Part shown: one piece after another, positions 31,625 to 41,062 of the stretch
Layout of the letters: the number at the start of each line of letters is the position of its first letter
Position numbering within the stretch: position 1 is the stretch's first letter
NCBI GenBank assembly: GCA_965223265.1
Contig: OZ244999.1
Span: 864,001-928,000 of the forward strand
Source: Planctomycetota bacterium
Lineage (GTDB): Bacteria; Planctomycetota; UBA8108; SXIK01
Direction of reading: 5' to 3'
DNA length: 64,000 nt
Notes under the pieces: model-generated
What the model was told of the DNA's origin: nothing
Database searches by the model: none
What the model saw: the letters and a program-made list of their open reading frames with translations, nothing else
Made by a program: the position numbers and the translations under genes

Positions 31625-33058
31625 TCAGCTGCGGCCGGCCAAACGCTGCGTCAGCTCGCGGAACTTGTCCCCTCGCTGCATGAAGTTCGTGAACATGTCG
31701 TAGCTGGGGCATGCTGGAGATAGCACGACCGAGTCGCCGGGCGCCGCGAGGGAGCACGCCGCTGCGACCGCTTCCTCAAAGTTGGCGGCGCGGTGAATTG
31801 CGGGCCCGCCGCGGCGGGACGGGATTTCGGCTTCGATTTCCGTCGCAGTCTCGCCGATGAGAACTGCCGCGCGTGTGCGCTGTGCGATGCGGCGACCTAG
31901 GCGTGAAAAGTCTCTCGCTCCAGAGCGTGCTCCACCGCAGATGAGCACCATGTGTGGGCCGAGTGCATCGAGCGCTGCGAGCGTCGAATCGGGATTGGTC
32001 GAGATAGAGTCGTTGACGAAGCGGACACCATTGACCTCGTGACATGGCTCAAGGCGATGCTCCACTGTCTTGAAGCTGCGCACTCCTTCGGGCACGACGT
32101 TCGCCGCAACTCCCATAACTGTTGCCGCCGCCGCAGCGGCTGTCGCATTGAGAAGATTGAAGCTCCCCGGGAGCTTGAGGTCGGCGCGCTCAAAGAGCAC
32201 CGACGCGTCGTGACCCGCGGCACGGTCGCACCAGTAGACGAACCCGCTAGATAGGTCCGCCCAAACGCCGTCAGCTCGTGGCAGCGGGCGGTGCGTTCGG
32301 CCAAAGTAGATCGTCCGCCGCGGCGACGTTTTCTTCCACGAGCGAACGCGGGCGTCCTCTGCATTCAGAATCGCAACGTTCGGCGCGCCGCCCGATTCCA
32401 GAATCACTCGCTTCGCTTCGACGTAGGATTCGTAAGTCCCATGTCGATCCAAATGATTCGGCGACAGATTGGTGACCACCGCCACGTCGGGGCGGCGTTC
32501 GATGGAAGCCAGATCCTCGAGTTGAAAGCTCGAGATTTCGACGACGACCCACTCGTTCTCGCGGATTCTGTTCAGCTCAGGCAGCAGCGACCGGCCGACG
32601 TTGCCGCCGACCTTTGTCTCCGGCCACTTACGGCGGGCAAGGTGTCCGGTGAGGCTTGTTGTCGTCGTCTTGCCATTGGTACCAGTGACGGCGCAAATGC
32701 GCCCTTTGGTGTGTTTGAAAAAGAGATTCAGCTCCGTCTCGAGTGGGATGCCACGCTGGCGGCACATTTGCAGTAGCTTTGTGTCCCTCGGTACGGCTGG
32801 ACTCGGAATGACGAGATCTGCACGAAGAAAATCCTCTTCGCGGTGCTCGCCGAGCACCCACGTGACGGGCAAATGTGCGAGCTCGTTGACGACAGGCGCC
32901 AAAGCGTCGCGCTGGCGAAGATCAGTGACGGTAACGTTCGCGCCATGTTGGCACAAAAACTCGGTGACGCCTTTGCCACCACCAAAGAGTCCAAGGCCCA
33001 TGACAGTCACTTGACGACCTTGGAACGACGAAAGGGGTTCAACTTGGCGTAGAAACAT
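31625..33058 (-). CDS. murD: UDP-N-acetylmuramoyl-L-alanine:D-glutamate ligase
   Basis: VTGTNGKTTT, GGNVG, EISSFQL, NHLDRH, EHRLE, NDSISTN, LSPACPSYDMF. Confidence 0.96.
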   Translation of the reverse strand: MFLRQVEPLSSFQGRQVTVMGLGLFGGGKGVTEFLCQHGANVTVTDLRQRDALAPVVNELAHLPVTWVLGEHREEDFLRADLVIPSPAVPRDTKLLQMCRQRGIPLETELNLFFKHTKGRICAVTGTNGKTTTTSLTGHLARRKWPETKVGGNVGRSLLPELNRIRENEWVVVEISSFQLEDLASIERRPDVAVVTNLSPNHLDRHGTYESYVEAKRVILESGGAPNVAILNAEDARVRSWKKTSPRRTIYFGRTHRPLPRADGVWADLSSGFVYWCDRAAGHDASVLFERADLKLPGSFNLLNATAAAAAATVMGVAANVVPEGVRSFKTVEHRLEPCHEVNGVRFVNDSISTNPDSTLAALDALGPHMVLICGGARSGARDFSRLGRRIAQRTRAAVLIGETATEIEAEIPSRRGGPAIHRAANFEEAVAAACSLAAPGDSVVLSPACPSYDMFTNFMQRGDKFRELTQRLAGRS

Positions 33059-33114
33059 CGCAAATCAACGCTGGATAGCTTGAGAAGTGGGAAGGCGTCG
33101 GGAAACCGACCTTT

Positions 33115-33603
33115 TCACCGCGCCGACGGCGGACCTGGCGGTCGACCGAGGTCGGCGCGCATGCGATCGACCCGCCGCTCGAGCGCGATTCTCTCCGCTT
33201 CGGTGAGCAGATCGTCTTCGATGCCCCTTGAGGCATCAGGGTACTCGGTCAGCTCCACACGCAACCCATGCACGTCTGTGATCGGCACGGGCACGAGGAG
33301 CTCCGTGAACAAGTCGAGCGGAAAGTACTCGTACCAAGGAATGCGCAGCGGCTTGCGTAGATGTTCGGCGCGGTACGCGACGACGCGGTCGTCGCGTACC
33401 TCCTTGTGGCGGATTTCGACGTCGGCCGTGCCGTAGAACGTGAAGGGCCACTGCGTCGGGCTTCGGCCGAGCTCCGTGCCGTTGACGAAGACCGTTGCAC
33501 CGGGAGGCAGCGAGTCGACCCGGAGAACACGCCGAAGGCAACCCGCTCCGGCGAGCGCGAAGGCAACAAGGGCGATGACGATCAGGCGGCCGATTCGCTG
33601 CAT
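33115..33603 (-). CDS. PEGA-domain lipoprotein
   Basis: Lipobox AGAGC; VDSLPPGATVFVNGTELGRSP; PWYEYFPLD. Confidence 0.8.
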   Translation of the reverse strand: MQRIGRLIVIALVAFALAGAGCLRRVLRVDSLPPGATVFVNGTELGRSPTQWPFTFYGTADVEIRHKEVRDDRVVAYRAEHLRKPLRIPWYEYFPLDLFTELLVPVPITDVHGLRVELTEYPDASRGIEDDLLTEAERIALERRVDRMRADLGRPPGPPSAR

Positions 33604-33884
33604 GGCGGCGGGATTATACCGAAGGCGACGAACGCAACGCGAGTGAAAAGCTGCGCGCATGCACGTGGTGAGACTCGTGGGGAACGGCGTCGGTGGGGGC
33701 GTTTACTGCGCCAGCGAGCCGGTTATACTCTGAGGCCTGGTTCGAGCGTTGCGAACATGTCGGACGTACCTCAGGCATGGTCGTCCAGTGGTGTCATCGT
33801 CCATGCACGAGTGACGGCGAGGCAACGTTGAAGTGGCTCAAGTGCAAGTGATGGCCCGACCAAGGTGAAGAGTATGGTGAAGCG

Positions 33885-34298
33885 ATGACGAAGAGATGGT
33901 ACAGCGATGGGCTTCAGTTCACTTGTACCCAATGTGGTCGCTGCTGTACCGGGGAGCCGGGGTACGTCTGGGTGACCAAGGCGGAGGTCGCGGCTCTAGC
34001 GGCGCATCTCAAGATGGATCTCCATGCTTTTGGTCGGCGTTACCTGCGGCGTATTGGTCGACGGTATTCACTAGTCGAAAAGTCCAACAACGATTGTGTT
34101 TTCTACGACGGCGGCTGCACGGTCTATTCCGTGCGCCCAAAGCAATGCCGGACGTATCCGTTCTGGCCTGAGAATCTACGTTCGCGAACGGCCTGGGAAG
34201 AAGTCGCCCAGGAGTGTCCCGGGGCGGGCGCCGGTCAGCTCTACCCGGTGGAAGAGATTCGGCGAATCGTTCGCGGTGACAGCGCGGCGTCGTCGTAG
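33885..34298 (+). CDS. YkgJ/UPF0153 family cysteine-cluster protein
   Basis: CTQCGRCC, CVF, CTVYSVRPKQCRTYPFW, CPG. Confidence 0.92.
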   Translation: MTKRWYSDGLQFTCTQCGRCCTGEPGYVWVTKAEVAALAAHLKMDLHAFGRRYLRRIGRRYSLVEKSNNDCVFYDGGCTVYSVRPKQCRTYPFWPENLRSRTAWEEVAQECPGAGAGQLYPVEEIRRIVRGDSAASS

Positions 34299-34301
34299 GA
34301 C

Positions 34302-36512
34302 GTGGGGCGCGTTCCCTGGAGGAAACCATCAGTGGTGACTCATGCTGTCGCATCTCCACCGCAGCCCGCAGCCGCCGGCGTGCTGCTGAGCAGCCGATCT
34401 GGAATCGCGTGGGTGGTGTTCCTGATCCTTGTCGTCACGCATGGTTGCGCCCGGAGCGCGCGCCCGCTACAGCCGCCCAGGCGGACAGTTGCTGAACGTG
34501 ATTTTCGCCTTGTCGAAGAAATTGAGTGGGCCCGCCTGCCGGGCAGCCACGTCGCCCTCAGCACTCATTTCGAGTCGGAATGGCCGCAGGTACGTGAGCG
34601 TGCCGCGCTGGCTTGGCGTCGCCTTGGTCGTGGCGGAGACGATGAGGTGATCGCACGTCAGTTTGAGGTCGATGCCGATGCCGCTGTGCGGGAGGCTCTC
34701 GCTGCAGCTGCTTCCGTGTGCTCGCGACGCACCGCGACGCAAATACTTCGCAAGGCTCGGGAGTTCCCGGCAGATGTGCGAGCCAGTGCTGCCGCGGCGC
34801 TTGAACGTGCGGGCGGTGAACGAGCCGTTGAGCTCGTGTCGACTTTTCTCAGCGACGACGATGCCAGCGTTCGATCCCAGGCGATCTTTGGGGTCGGAGT
34901 GAACCTGACACCTCAACTTGCCGGCGTCGTGGCCGCACGCCTGCCCGCGGAGACTGATCCGACGGCGCGTTGGGCGCTGTGGAGCCTCGCCGCGCGAAGC
35001 GTCGCCGTGCGCGACAAGCTGCTGGAGCTGCCTGACGCCCACAGACTCCTGGGCGAGGCTCGCGACGACCCGAACTTTCTTGTCGCCTATTTCGCGCGGC
35101 AAACCGCTGCACGACTCGCGGGGCGGCAAGAAGTCGTCGCGGCGCTGGAAGTCGCCGCCGCGGAAGATCGGTTCTGGCTCGTGCGGACGAGTCTCCTAGA
35201 AGAACTCACGGCGAAGATCGACGCGCAGCGCAAGAGCGGCAGGAACTCGCAGTCAACTGAGAAGCTGTTGCTTGTGGCTGCTACGAAAGCGCTGGAGAGT
35301 CCCGATGCTTTCGCGCTACGAGATCGAGCGGCAAGGGCGCTCGCGTGGATCCAAGATTCGGCGTTGGTGAACGATACCGAGCGCTTCGTCTTGGCGATGG
35401 CGCCGCATCTCAAGGCGGCTTGGATTCGAGGTCTTTGCGCGGCGAGCTCTCCGACGCATGATGACGGTCGCACGGCAGCGGAGCGTGATGCTGACGGCGA
35501 GTGCGCTCCGTGGGTCCTTCGTGCGCTGCGACTTGACGAGTGCCTCGTGGATCCGTCTCCCGCAGTTCGCAGAGCGGCTCTGATCCGTTCCCTGAAGTGC
35601 GACGTGAAGCGCGGCGTGGACGGTCCGCAGAATTTCGCCGCCGCGGCGGATCCAGCGCTGCGTGCAGAGTGGGTGCGGGCTGCACCGTTGGTGGACGCGG
35701 CGGCGGTCGCAACCTTCCTGAACGATGCGTCGCCTCGCGTGCGGGAGGCAATGCTTCTCCGTCTCCGCAGTGACGAGAGCGTTCCCGTGCCGTCTGACTT
35801 TCCTCACGAACTGGCCGCGCACCACGGCTGGCTTGAGCGGATGCTGTGGATCGATGTAGCGGTGGTGCGCCTCGGCGCAAGCGCCTCGCACCCGATCCTA
35901 CAGCGGGGCCTGCAGGACTCTATCGCGAGCGTTGCCCTCCATGCCTTCGAAATGGCGCGTCGCGTCTCTGGCGATACCGTGCAGTCGCCAGCTGGTTTGA
36001 ATTCGCGTCTGCGCTTGAGTGTTTCGCCGTGGGTCCCGCGGCGAAATCTCGAGCACGAGGGGCTGCCACCGCGCATAGTCATTCATGTAGACGGTAGCGA
36101 ACGGTTCGTCATCGCGCTCGATACCCAAGCGGCACCCGTTCACGCCGCCATGCTGGTCGCCTTGGCGCGTTCTGGTTACATGGTGGGGCGGAAAGTTGGC
36201 GGGGTCGAGCGTGACGAGGGCGTCCTGTTCGCCATGGGAGCTTCGGACCCTTGGCTGGCCGGGCCGATTGTGCCCGAGCTCTCTCCCGTCCCTCTGCGGC
36301 GCGGTGCCGTCGTCGGCGTTCACGGCTATCAGCCGCCCGCCCGATTCGATGTCGGCCGCTGGGATGACCCCGGCAGCTTTCGCGTCCTCCTGTGCCCGCG
36401 CCCCGCGCTTGCAGCGACGACGACTCGCTTCGGGGAGGTGGTACTGGGCATGGAGGTTGTCGACGGACTGCGTCCAGGTGCGACCATCACAGCGGTCGAG
36501 GTCGTCGATTGA
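34302..36512 (+). CDS. HEAT-repeat lipoprotein with degenerate C-terminal cyclophilin-like domain
   Basis: THGC lipobox-like; DxxxxVR HEAT repeats; AP..LVALARSGY, RGAV, FGEVVLGMEVVD. Confidence 0.7.
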   Translation: MGRVPWRKPSVVTHAVASPPQPAAAGVLLSSRSGIAWVVFLILVVTHGCARSARPLQPPRRTVAERDFRLVEEIEWARLPGSHVALSTHFESEWPQVRERAALAWRRLGRGGDDEVIARQFEVDADAAVREALAAAASVCSRRTATQILRKAREFPADVRASAAAALERAGGERAVELVSTFLSDDDASVRSQAIFGVGVNLTPQLAGVVAARLPAETDPTARWALWSLAARSVAVRDKLLELPDAHRLLGEARDDPNFLVAYFARQTAARLAGRQEVVAALEVAAAEDRFWLVRTSLLEELTAKIDAQRKSGRNSQSTEKLLLVAATKALESPDAFALRDRAARALAWIQDSALVNDTERFVLAMAPHLKAAWIRGLCAASSPTHDDGRTAAERDADGECAPWVLRALRLDECLVDPSPAVRRAALIRSLKCDVKRGVDGPQNFAAAADPALRAEWVRAAPLVDAAAVATFLNDASPRVREAMLLRLRSDESVPVPSDFPHELAAHHGWLERMLWIDVAVVRLGASASHPILQRGLQDSIASVALHAFEMARRVSGDTVQSPAGLNSRLRLSVSPWVPRRNLEHEGLPPRIVIHVDGSERFVIALDTQAAPVHAAMLVALARSGYMVGRKVGGVERDEGVLFAMGASDPWLAGPIVPELSPVPLRRGAVVGVHGYQPPARFDVGRWDDPGSFRVLLCPRPALAATTTRFGEVVLGMEVVDGLRPGATITAVEVVD

Positions 36513-36749
36513 GGACCCGGATGGTCGTTCGGCGTCGGCTCTCTGCGGCGCTGGCTAGTCGGCTCGAGGGGGTGATAACGGCCGCTTTCGTGGTTTTGTA
36601 AGCCTTTTATTCACCACGCGTTACCGTTGTTTCCTCGGTGCCAAAGTAGAAAAAAACGGCGGACCGTCCGACAATATTTGGGGGAAGCGAGCTACTCGCT
36701 CGCTCCCTCGTGGGGCGATCACGAACCGTCTTGCAGAGGTCAGAGAGAC

Positions 36750-37358
36750 ATGTCGCAGGGAATTCCGGCCGACCATGCCCTCCGACGCCTCTTTCGAGGC
36801 GCGGTCGACCGGGCGTTTACGTGCCACCGCGAGCTCTACGCGCCAGACGTCGCGTCACACCTTTCCGACAGCTTGCTTGCCGACTTCGTCCACATGGACG
36901 CAGTCTACCGACTTTGCAGTGCGGACGGGCAGCGGCTCGAAGATCTTCCCGAAATGCTGCAGGTCTCTGTGCAACCTGAAGGACCGGAGCGCCGACTCGA
37001 AGTCGACCGCTACATCGGCGATTTCACCCTTTTCATGCTGGGGTTCTTTCCTCGCGCACTGCATCTCCATCACCTCTTCGCCCCAAAGCCGATGATCTCT
37101 CGCGTCGGCAAGCTGCTCGTGCAGTTCGAGCAGACGACCGATTTTTACTCCGCCGAGGGGCGCAACGCCTACGGCCGCGCCGCGGAGACAGCGCGACTGT
37201 TTGATCCACAAGCTCGTCAGACCTTCAGCCAACTGGCGGATCGCTACGATGGCTATCGAGAGTTGATGACGACGGTCAAAGAGATTCTCGCCGACACGCC
37301 GCAGGTCAAAGAGATCGAGAACGCCCTCGACGACGGCGCTGGCGGAGACGTCGACTAG
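36750..37358 (+). CDS. Conserved-looking hypothetical protein
   Basis: 202-aa ORF with normal composition; RYIGDFTLFMLGFFP core. Confidence 0.7.
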   Translation: MSQGIPADHALRRLFRGAVDRAFTCHRELYAPDVASHLSDSLLADFVHMDAVYRLCSADGQRLEDLPEMLQVSVQPEGPERRLEVDRYIGDFTLFMLGFFPRALHLHHLFAPKPMISRVGKLLVQFEQTTDFYSAEGRNAYGRAAETARLFDPQARQTFSQLADRYDGYRELMTTVKEILADTPQVKEIENALDDGAGGDVD

Positions 37359-37560
37359 CCGAGTTCGATTTTATCGTAAACTTGACCGCTGCGACGTGCC
37401 GATCCTTTCAACGTGAGCAGCCCCCGGGCAGGACGGCGGCGATTCGAGTGGCCGTCCTGATCGCCGACTGCCGTGTGAAACGGCCGCCGCGTGTCACGTC
37501 GCGGTGTCGGTCGAGATGTCTGCAGAGATGGGCTGCACGACCGCTTGAAGGAGACTTGCT

Positions 37561-38295
37561 ATGTCGCTTCTGAAGCTCACGTCTCGTTTGCTTCTCATCA
37601 CCGTCGGTCTCTTCCTTTTCGCGCTAGGTTGCGAGACGGTTGTGCAGCAGGAGGGTACCTATTCGTTGCCGTCTGAGAAGAAGGAGCAGTTCTCTATTCT
37701 TGACTCCCGCTTAAAGTCGCTACGATCACAGGCGAAGCAGTACCCGAAAAAGCATTCTTTGCACTATCAGATCGCGGGTATCCACTTTCAGAAAGAAGCG
37801 TATCAAGAGTGCGTCTCAGCTCTGGCTCGCGCGATCGATCTTTCCCCAAATCAGTCCCGCTACCATTACCATATGGGTCGCGCCTACGAGAAAATGGGTG
37901 AGCTCGGCCAAGCGGAACTTAGCTTTGAGAAGGCCGTGCAGCATGTGCCGCCAGGGCGCTACACTGGACCGCATGCCGCCTACGGCTACATTCTAGCTCG
38001 GAACGGCAAACTGGAGCGCGCCAAAACGCAGTTTAAGCTGTGCACGCGGATCGAGCCGGATGACCCCTCGTTTTATTATTGGCTCGGATCTTTGAGTGAT
38101 ATGACTGGCGACGTCGAGGGGACCATCCACAACTACCGCGAGTACCTTCGTCGTGGTGGGTGGGAGTATCGTAAGAAGGCTCTTTTCGTTCTTAGCAAGC
38201 TCGGGATCGACATGGAGGTGACCGAGCCAGCCACCGTGCACCGAGAGCTCTCGCCTGAGAATCTGCCCGACGATTTCGCGGCACCGGAAGAGTAA
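37561..38295 (+). CDS. TPR-repeat lipoprotein
   Basis: AAGGAG SD, lipobox ALGC, four TPR units. Confidence 0.85.
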   Translation: MSLLKLTSRLLLITVGLFLFALGCETVVQQEGTYSLPSEKKEQFSILDSRLKSLRSQAKQYPKKHSLHYQIAGIHFQKEAYQECVSALARAIDLSPNQSRYHYHMGRAYEKMGELGQAELSFEKAVQHVPPGRYTGPHAAYGYILARNGKLERAKTQFKLCTRIEPDDPSFYYWLGSLSDMTGDVEGTIHNYREYLRRGGWEYRKKALFVLSKLGIDMEVTEPATVHRELSPENLPDDFAAPEE

Positions 38296-38325
38296 CCGGG
38301 CGGCGCGAGGGCGTTCGCCTCTGGC

Positions 38326-38354
38326 TTGCGACGCGTCGACCCGGGCGCTATGCT
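38326..38354 (+). promoter_or_regulatory. Sigma-70-type promoter upstream of thiS
   Basis: TTGCGA-N17-TATGCT. Confidence 0.5.
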
Positions 38355-38555
38355 ACTCTCTTCTGAATCGCAACCGCCCCCGCGAGCCGACCCGCCCGAT
38401 CCTATTCGTTGATCCGGCTCAGCCGGCGTCCCGCGCGCGTCAGGCCACACCTGGCCTTCTTTCGTGCTCGCGTGGATGTGTTCGCGGGTCCTCGACTCGG
38501 CACGTAAGCGCTCGGCCGAGTGGCTCTGTTGTCGACGGGAGAGACGCGCCGCAGC

Positions 38556-38759
38556 ATGATTCGCATCACGGTGAACGGAAACCGCCAATCCTTTGACTCT
38601 GAGCTGACCGTCTCTGATCTACTCGAGCAGCTCGGTGCGCCAAAAGGGGCGGTCGCTGTCGAGGTCAACCAGGCCATCATCCCGCGCAGCGCTCATGAGC
38701 TGCATCGGCTCGAGGACGGCGACGTCATTGAGGTCGTCACCTTCGTCGGGGGTGGGTAA
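38556..38759 (+). CDS. thiS: Sulfur carrier protein ThiS
   Basis: ITVNG, VAVEVN, C-terminal VTFVGGG; adjacent to thiG. Confidence 0.95.
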   Translation: MIRITVNGNRQSFDSELTVSDLLEQLGAPKGAVAVEVNQAIIPRSAHELHRLEDGDVIEVVTFVGGG

Positions 38760-38893
38760 GCGATCTGGCACCGGCCCGGCTGGGTCGGCGAACCGAGATT
38801 CTTTAGCGCGCAGCGCGGCGTCAGCATGTTACGCTGCCGAGCGATACCCCGAGGCAGGACTGATCGGGCTCACGACATAGGAAAACTCAACGG

Positions 38894-39685
38894 ATGACAC
38901 AACAGAAGCACGATGGACCGCTCAAGCTCGGTCAACACGAGTTCCGCTCGCGACTGATTGTTGGCACAGGCAAGTACCGATCTTTTGAAGAGATGCGGGC
39001 GTGTCATGAGGCGTCGGGCGCTGAGATGGTCACGGTCGCTATCCGGCGCGTTGACTTCGACGCTGAGAAGAATCTGATCGATTTCATCGATCGGGATCGC
39101 CTCACCATTCTGCCGAACACCGCAGGCTGTTACTCCGCCGTCGACGCAATTCGTGTGGCCCGGATGGCACGCGAGCTTTTGGAGACGGACCTGATCAAAC
39201 TGGAGGTGTTGGGTGACGAGAAAACGCTGCTCCCAGAGCCGATCGAGACACTGAAAGCGACAGAGACTCTTGTGGGCGAAGGATTCACGGTCTTAACGTA
39301 TACGTCCGATGACCCCATCTTGGCGCGGCGTTTGGCTGAGGCGGGAGCGACCAGCGTGATGCCGGCTGGGTCTCCCATCGGTTCGGGGCAGGGGGTGCTC
39401 AACCCAAACAATATCGCGATCATCCTCGAGAGCATCGACGTCCCGGTGATCGTCGACGCTGGGGTCGGTACGGCGTCGGATGTCGCGATCGCTATGGAGC
39501 TGGGTGCCGACGGCGTGCTGCTGAATTCAGGAATCGCCCTCGCGGAGGACCCGCTGAGGATGGCAAGGGCAATGTGTCTTGGTGTCGAAGCAGGTCGCCT
39601 CGCATATCTGGCTGGCCGGATACCACGAAAACTGTACGGCTCGGCGTCCAGCCCCCTTGAGGGCGTCCCGTTGAGTCGGCGTTGA
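38894..39685 (+). CDS. thiG: Thiazole synthase
   Basis: [36 protein letters not shown]. Confidence 0.97.
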   Translation: MTQQKHDGPLKLGQHEFRSRLIVGTGKYRSFEEMRACHEASGAEMVTVAIRRVDFDAEKNLIDFIDRDRLTILPNTAGCYSAVDAIRVARMARELLETDLIKLEVLGDEKTLLPEPIETLKATETLVGEGFTVLTYTSDDPILARRLAEAGATSVMPAGSPIGSGQGVLNPNNIAIILESIDVPVIVDAGVGTASDVAIAMELGADGVLLNSGIALAEDPLRMARAMCLGVEAGRLAYLAGRIPRKLYGSASSPLEGVPLSRR

Positions 39686-39757
39686 TCGTTTGGTCGCGGT
39701 GAAAACGAGGGACGCGTCGTCGAAGCTCTGATCGTTTATGCCACGCTAGCCGTCGCG

Positions 39758-40507
39758 GTGCTGGTGCTGGTTGCGCTCCACCGCTGGGGATTTCGCCGGC
39801 CGGCCGCGCCGTGCGAGCCTCTTCTTGCCACGCCGTTCGATGCGCTACTTCTTTTGTTCTTCTGGTTTTTGGCGCAGGCCGCGGCCCATACGATTGTTGG
39901 TCAATTGCTCGGCACGCAAGAGTTGAGCGCCGACGTCGTGTTTCTCTCCAGCCTCGTCGTCGCCGCGCTCGTGTTCTTGGTGCTCGCCGCCTACGGCCGT
40001 GTCACGGGGCAGAGCTGGTCTGCCTTCGGATTTCGCCTGCCGCACCGCAGTGCGCTGTGGTTGCCGCTGTTTCTGCTCGCTTCGTGGTGGCTCGTTCAGT
40101 GTGTCGCACTCGTGTGGAAAGCGATGCTGGACAGAGGCGGCTACAACACCGAACCGCAGCAAGTGATCTTTATCCTTCGCGACCTTGCTGCAGACCATGA
40201 CGTTCTGGCAGTGGTGAAGTTTGCGGTGGCGTCGATTCTCCTCGCTCCGTTGATCGAAGAGATCGTATTTCGCGGCTTTTTTTTCGCTGCGCTCGAAACT
40301 CGGTTTGGATTCGCTCTCGCAGCGAGCATCTCGAGTTTCATTTTTGCGGTGGTTCATCTCAACCTGTTGACGCTGGCGCCGCTTGCTCTTCTCGGTTTTA
40401 TCTTCTGCTATCTTTATCAGCGCACGGGATCACTGTGGCTGCCCATCGCCTATCACAGCCTTTTCAACGGCGCGAACACGATTCTCGGGATTCTCGGGGA
40501 GTCGTAG
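39758..40507 (+). CDS. CPBP (CAAX/Abi) family intramembrane metalloprotease; start uncertain
   Basis: APLIEEIVFRG, FAVVH, HSLFN. Confidence 0.9.
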   Translation: MLVLVALHRWGFRRPAAPCEPLLATPFDALLLLFFWFLAQAAAHTIVGQLLGTQELSADVVFLSSLVVAALVFLVLAAYGRVTGQSWSAFGFRLPHRSALWLPLFLLASWWLVQCVALVWKAMLDRGGYNTEPQQVIFILRDLAADHDVLAVVKFAVASILLAPLIEEIVFRGFFFAALETRFGFALAASISSFIFAVVHLNLLTLAPLALLGFIFCYLYQRTGSLWLPIAYHSLFNGANTILGILGES

Positions 40508-40520
40508 GGACGGCGGGGCT

Positions 40521-40587
40521 GGAGCGGAGGCAGAGCCAGATACAGATACAGATACAGATACAGATACAGAGACGGAAGGCAGAGACA
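40521..40587. repeat. Hexamer-phased repeat tract (GANNCN; CAGATA x ~5.7), left part
   Basis: gag gca gag cca gat aca gat aca ... gag acg; continues beyond the IS at 42242-42272. Confidence 0.9.
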
Positions 40588-40619
40588 CCTATGGTCCGAC
40601 TGTTGTCAACGGGGGAGCT

Positions 40620-41060
40620 TTCTTTTCTTGATTGTCTTCAATCCGACGTGGGGCAGTTGGGTTGCCTGGGGGTCCGGGGGGCGGCGGGTAGAGCGCCCCC
40701 GGGCTCTGTGCAGCCCGGAAGGTACCGCACGCGGGAGAGATCATTTTCGTAGTAGTGCTGTGTTGTCTTTGGGCTGGCGGTAAAGAAGCCAAGTGTTCGG
40801 TTCGCTCTGAGCGCCGGGGCGGCAAAGCGCCTCGCGGCCAACTCCTATGCGTGTCCGCTCTCTGGCGGATCACCTGATACTGCGTTCGCATCGCGGCAGG
40901 CGAACCGACAAGGACGGTTCCTTCTGAGAAGCACGGCGGCTTGGAAAGCCAGCCCAGCCTCTGCTCGAACGCGTCCTACAGTCGGCCAAGAATCCGAGTC
41001 AGCCCTGCAGGTCCCTCCGTTTGAGTTGGGTTGGTGTGTTGAGCCTGTTGCTGGTCATCG
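40620..41060 (-). ncRNA. Candidate bridge RNA / seekRNA region of the IS110 element
   Basis: ~470 nt without a credible ORF downstream of tnp; nested stems 40771-78/40948-55 and 40798-805/40900-07 plus inner hairpins; boundaries uncertain. Confidence 0.65.
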
Positions 41061-41062
41061 AA

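Noticed and set aside
31625-33058. murD in a probable planctomycete as a novelty
   Set aside because: Peptidoglycan synthesis genes are established in this phylum, and dispersal from the dcw cluster is not unusual
38360-38555. TPP riboswitch
   Set aside because: The CTGAGA core and other conserved TPP aptamer segments are absent
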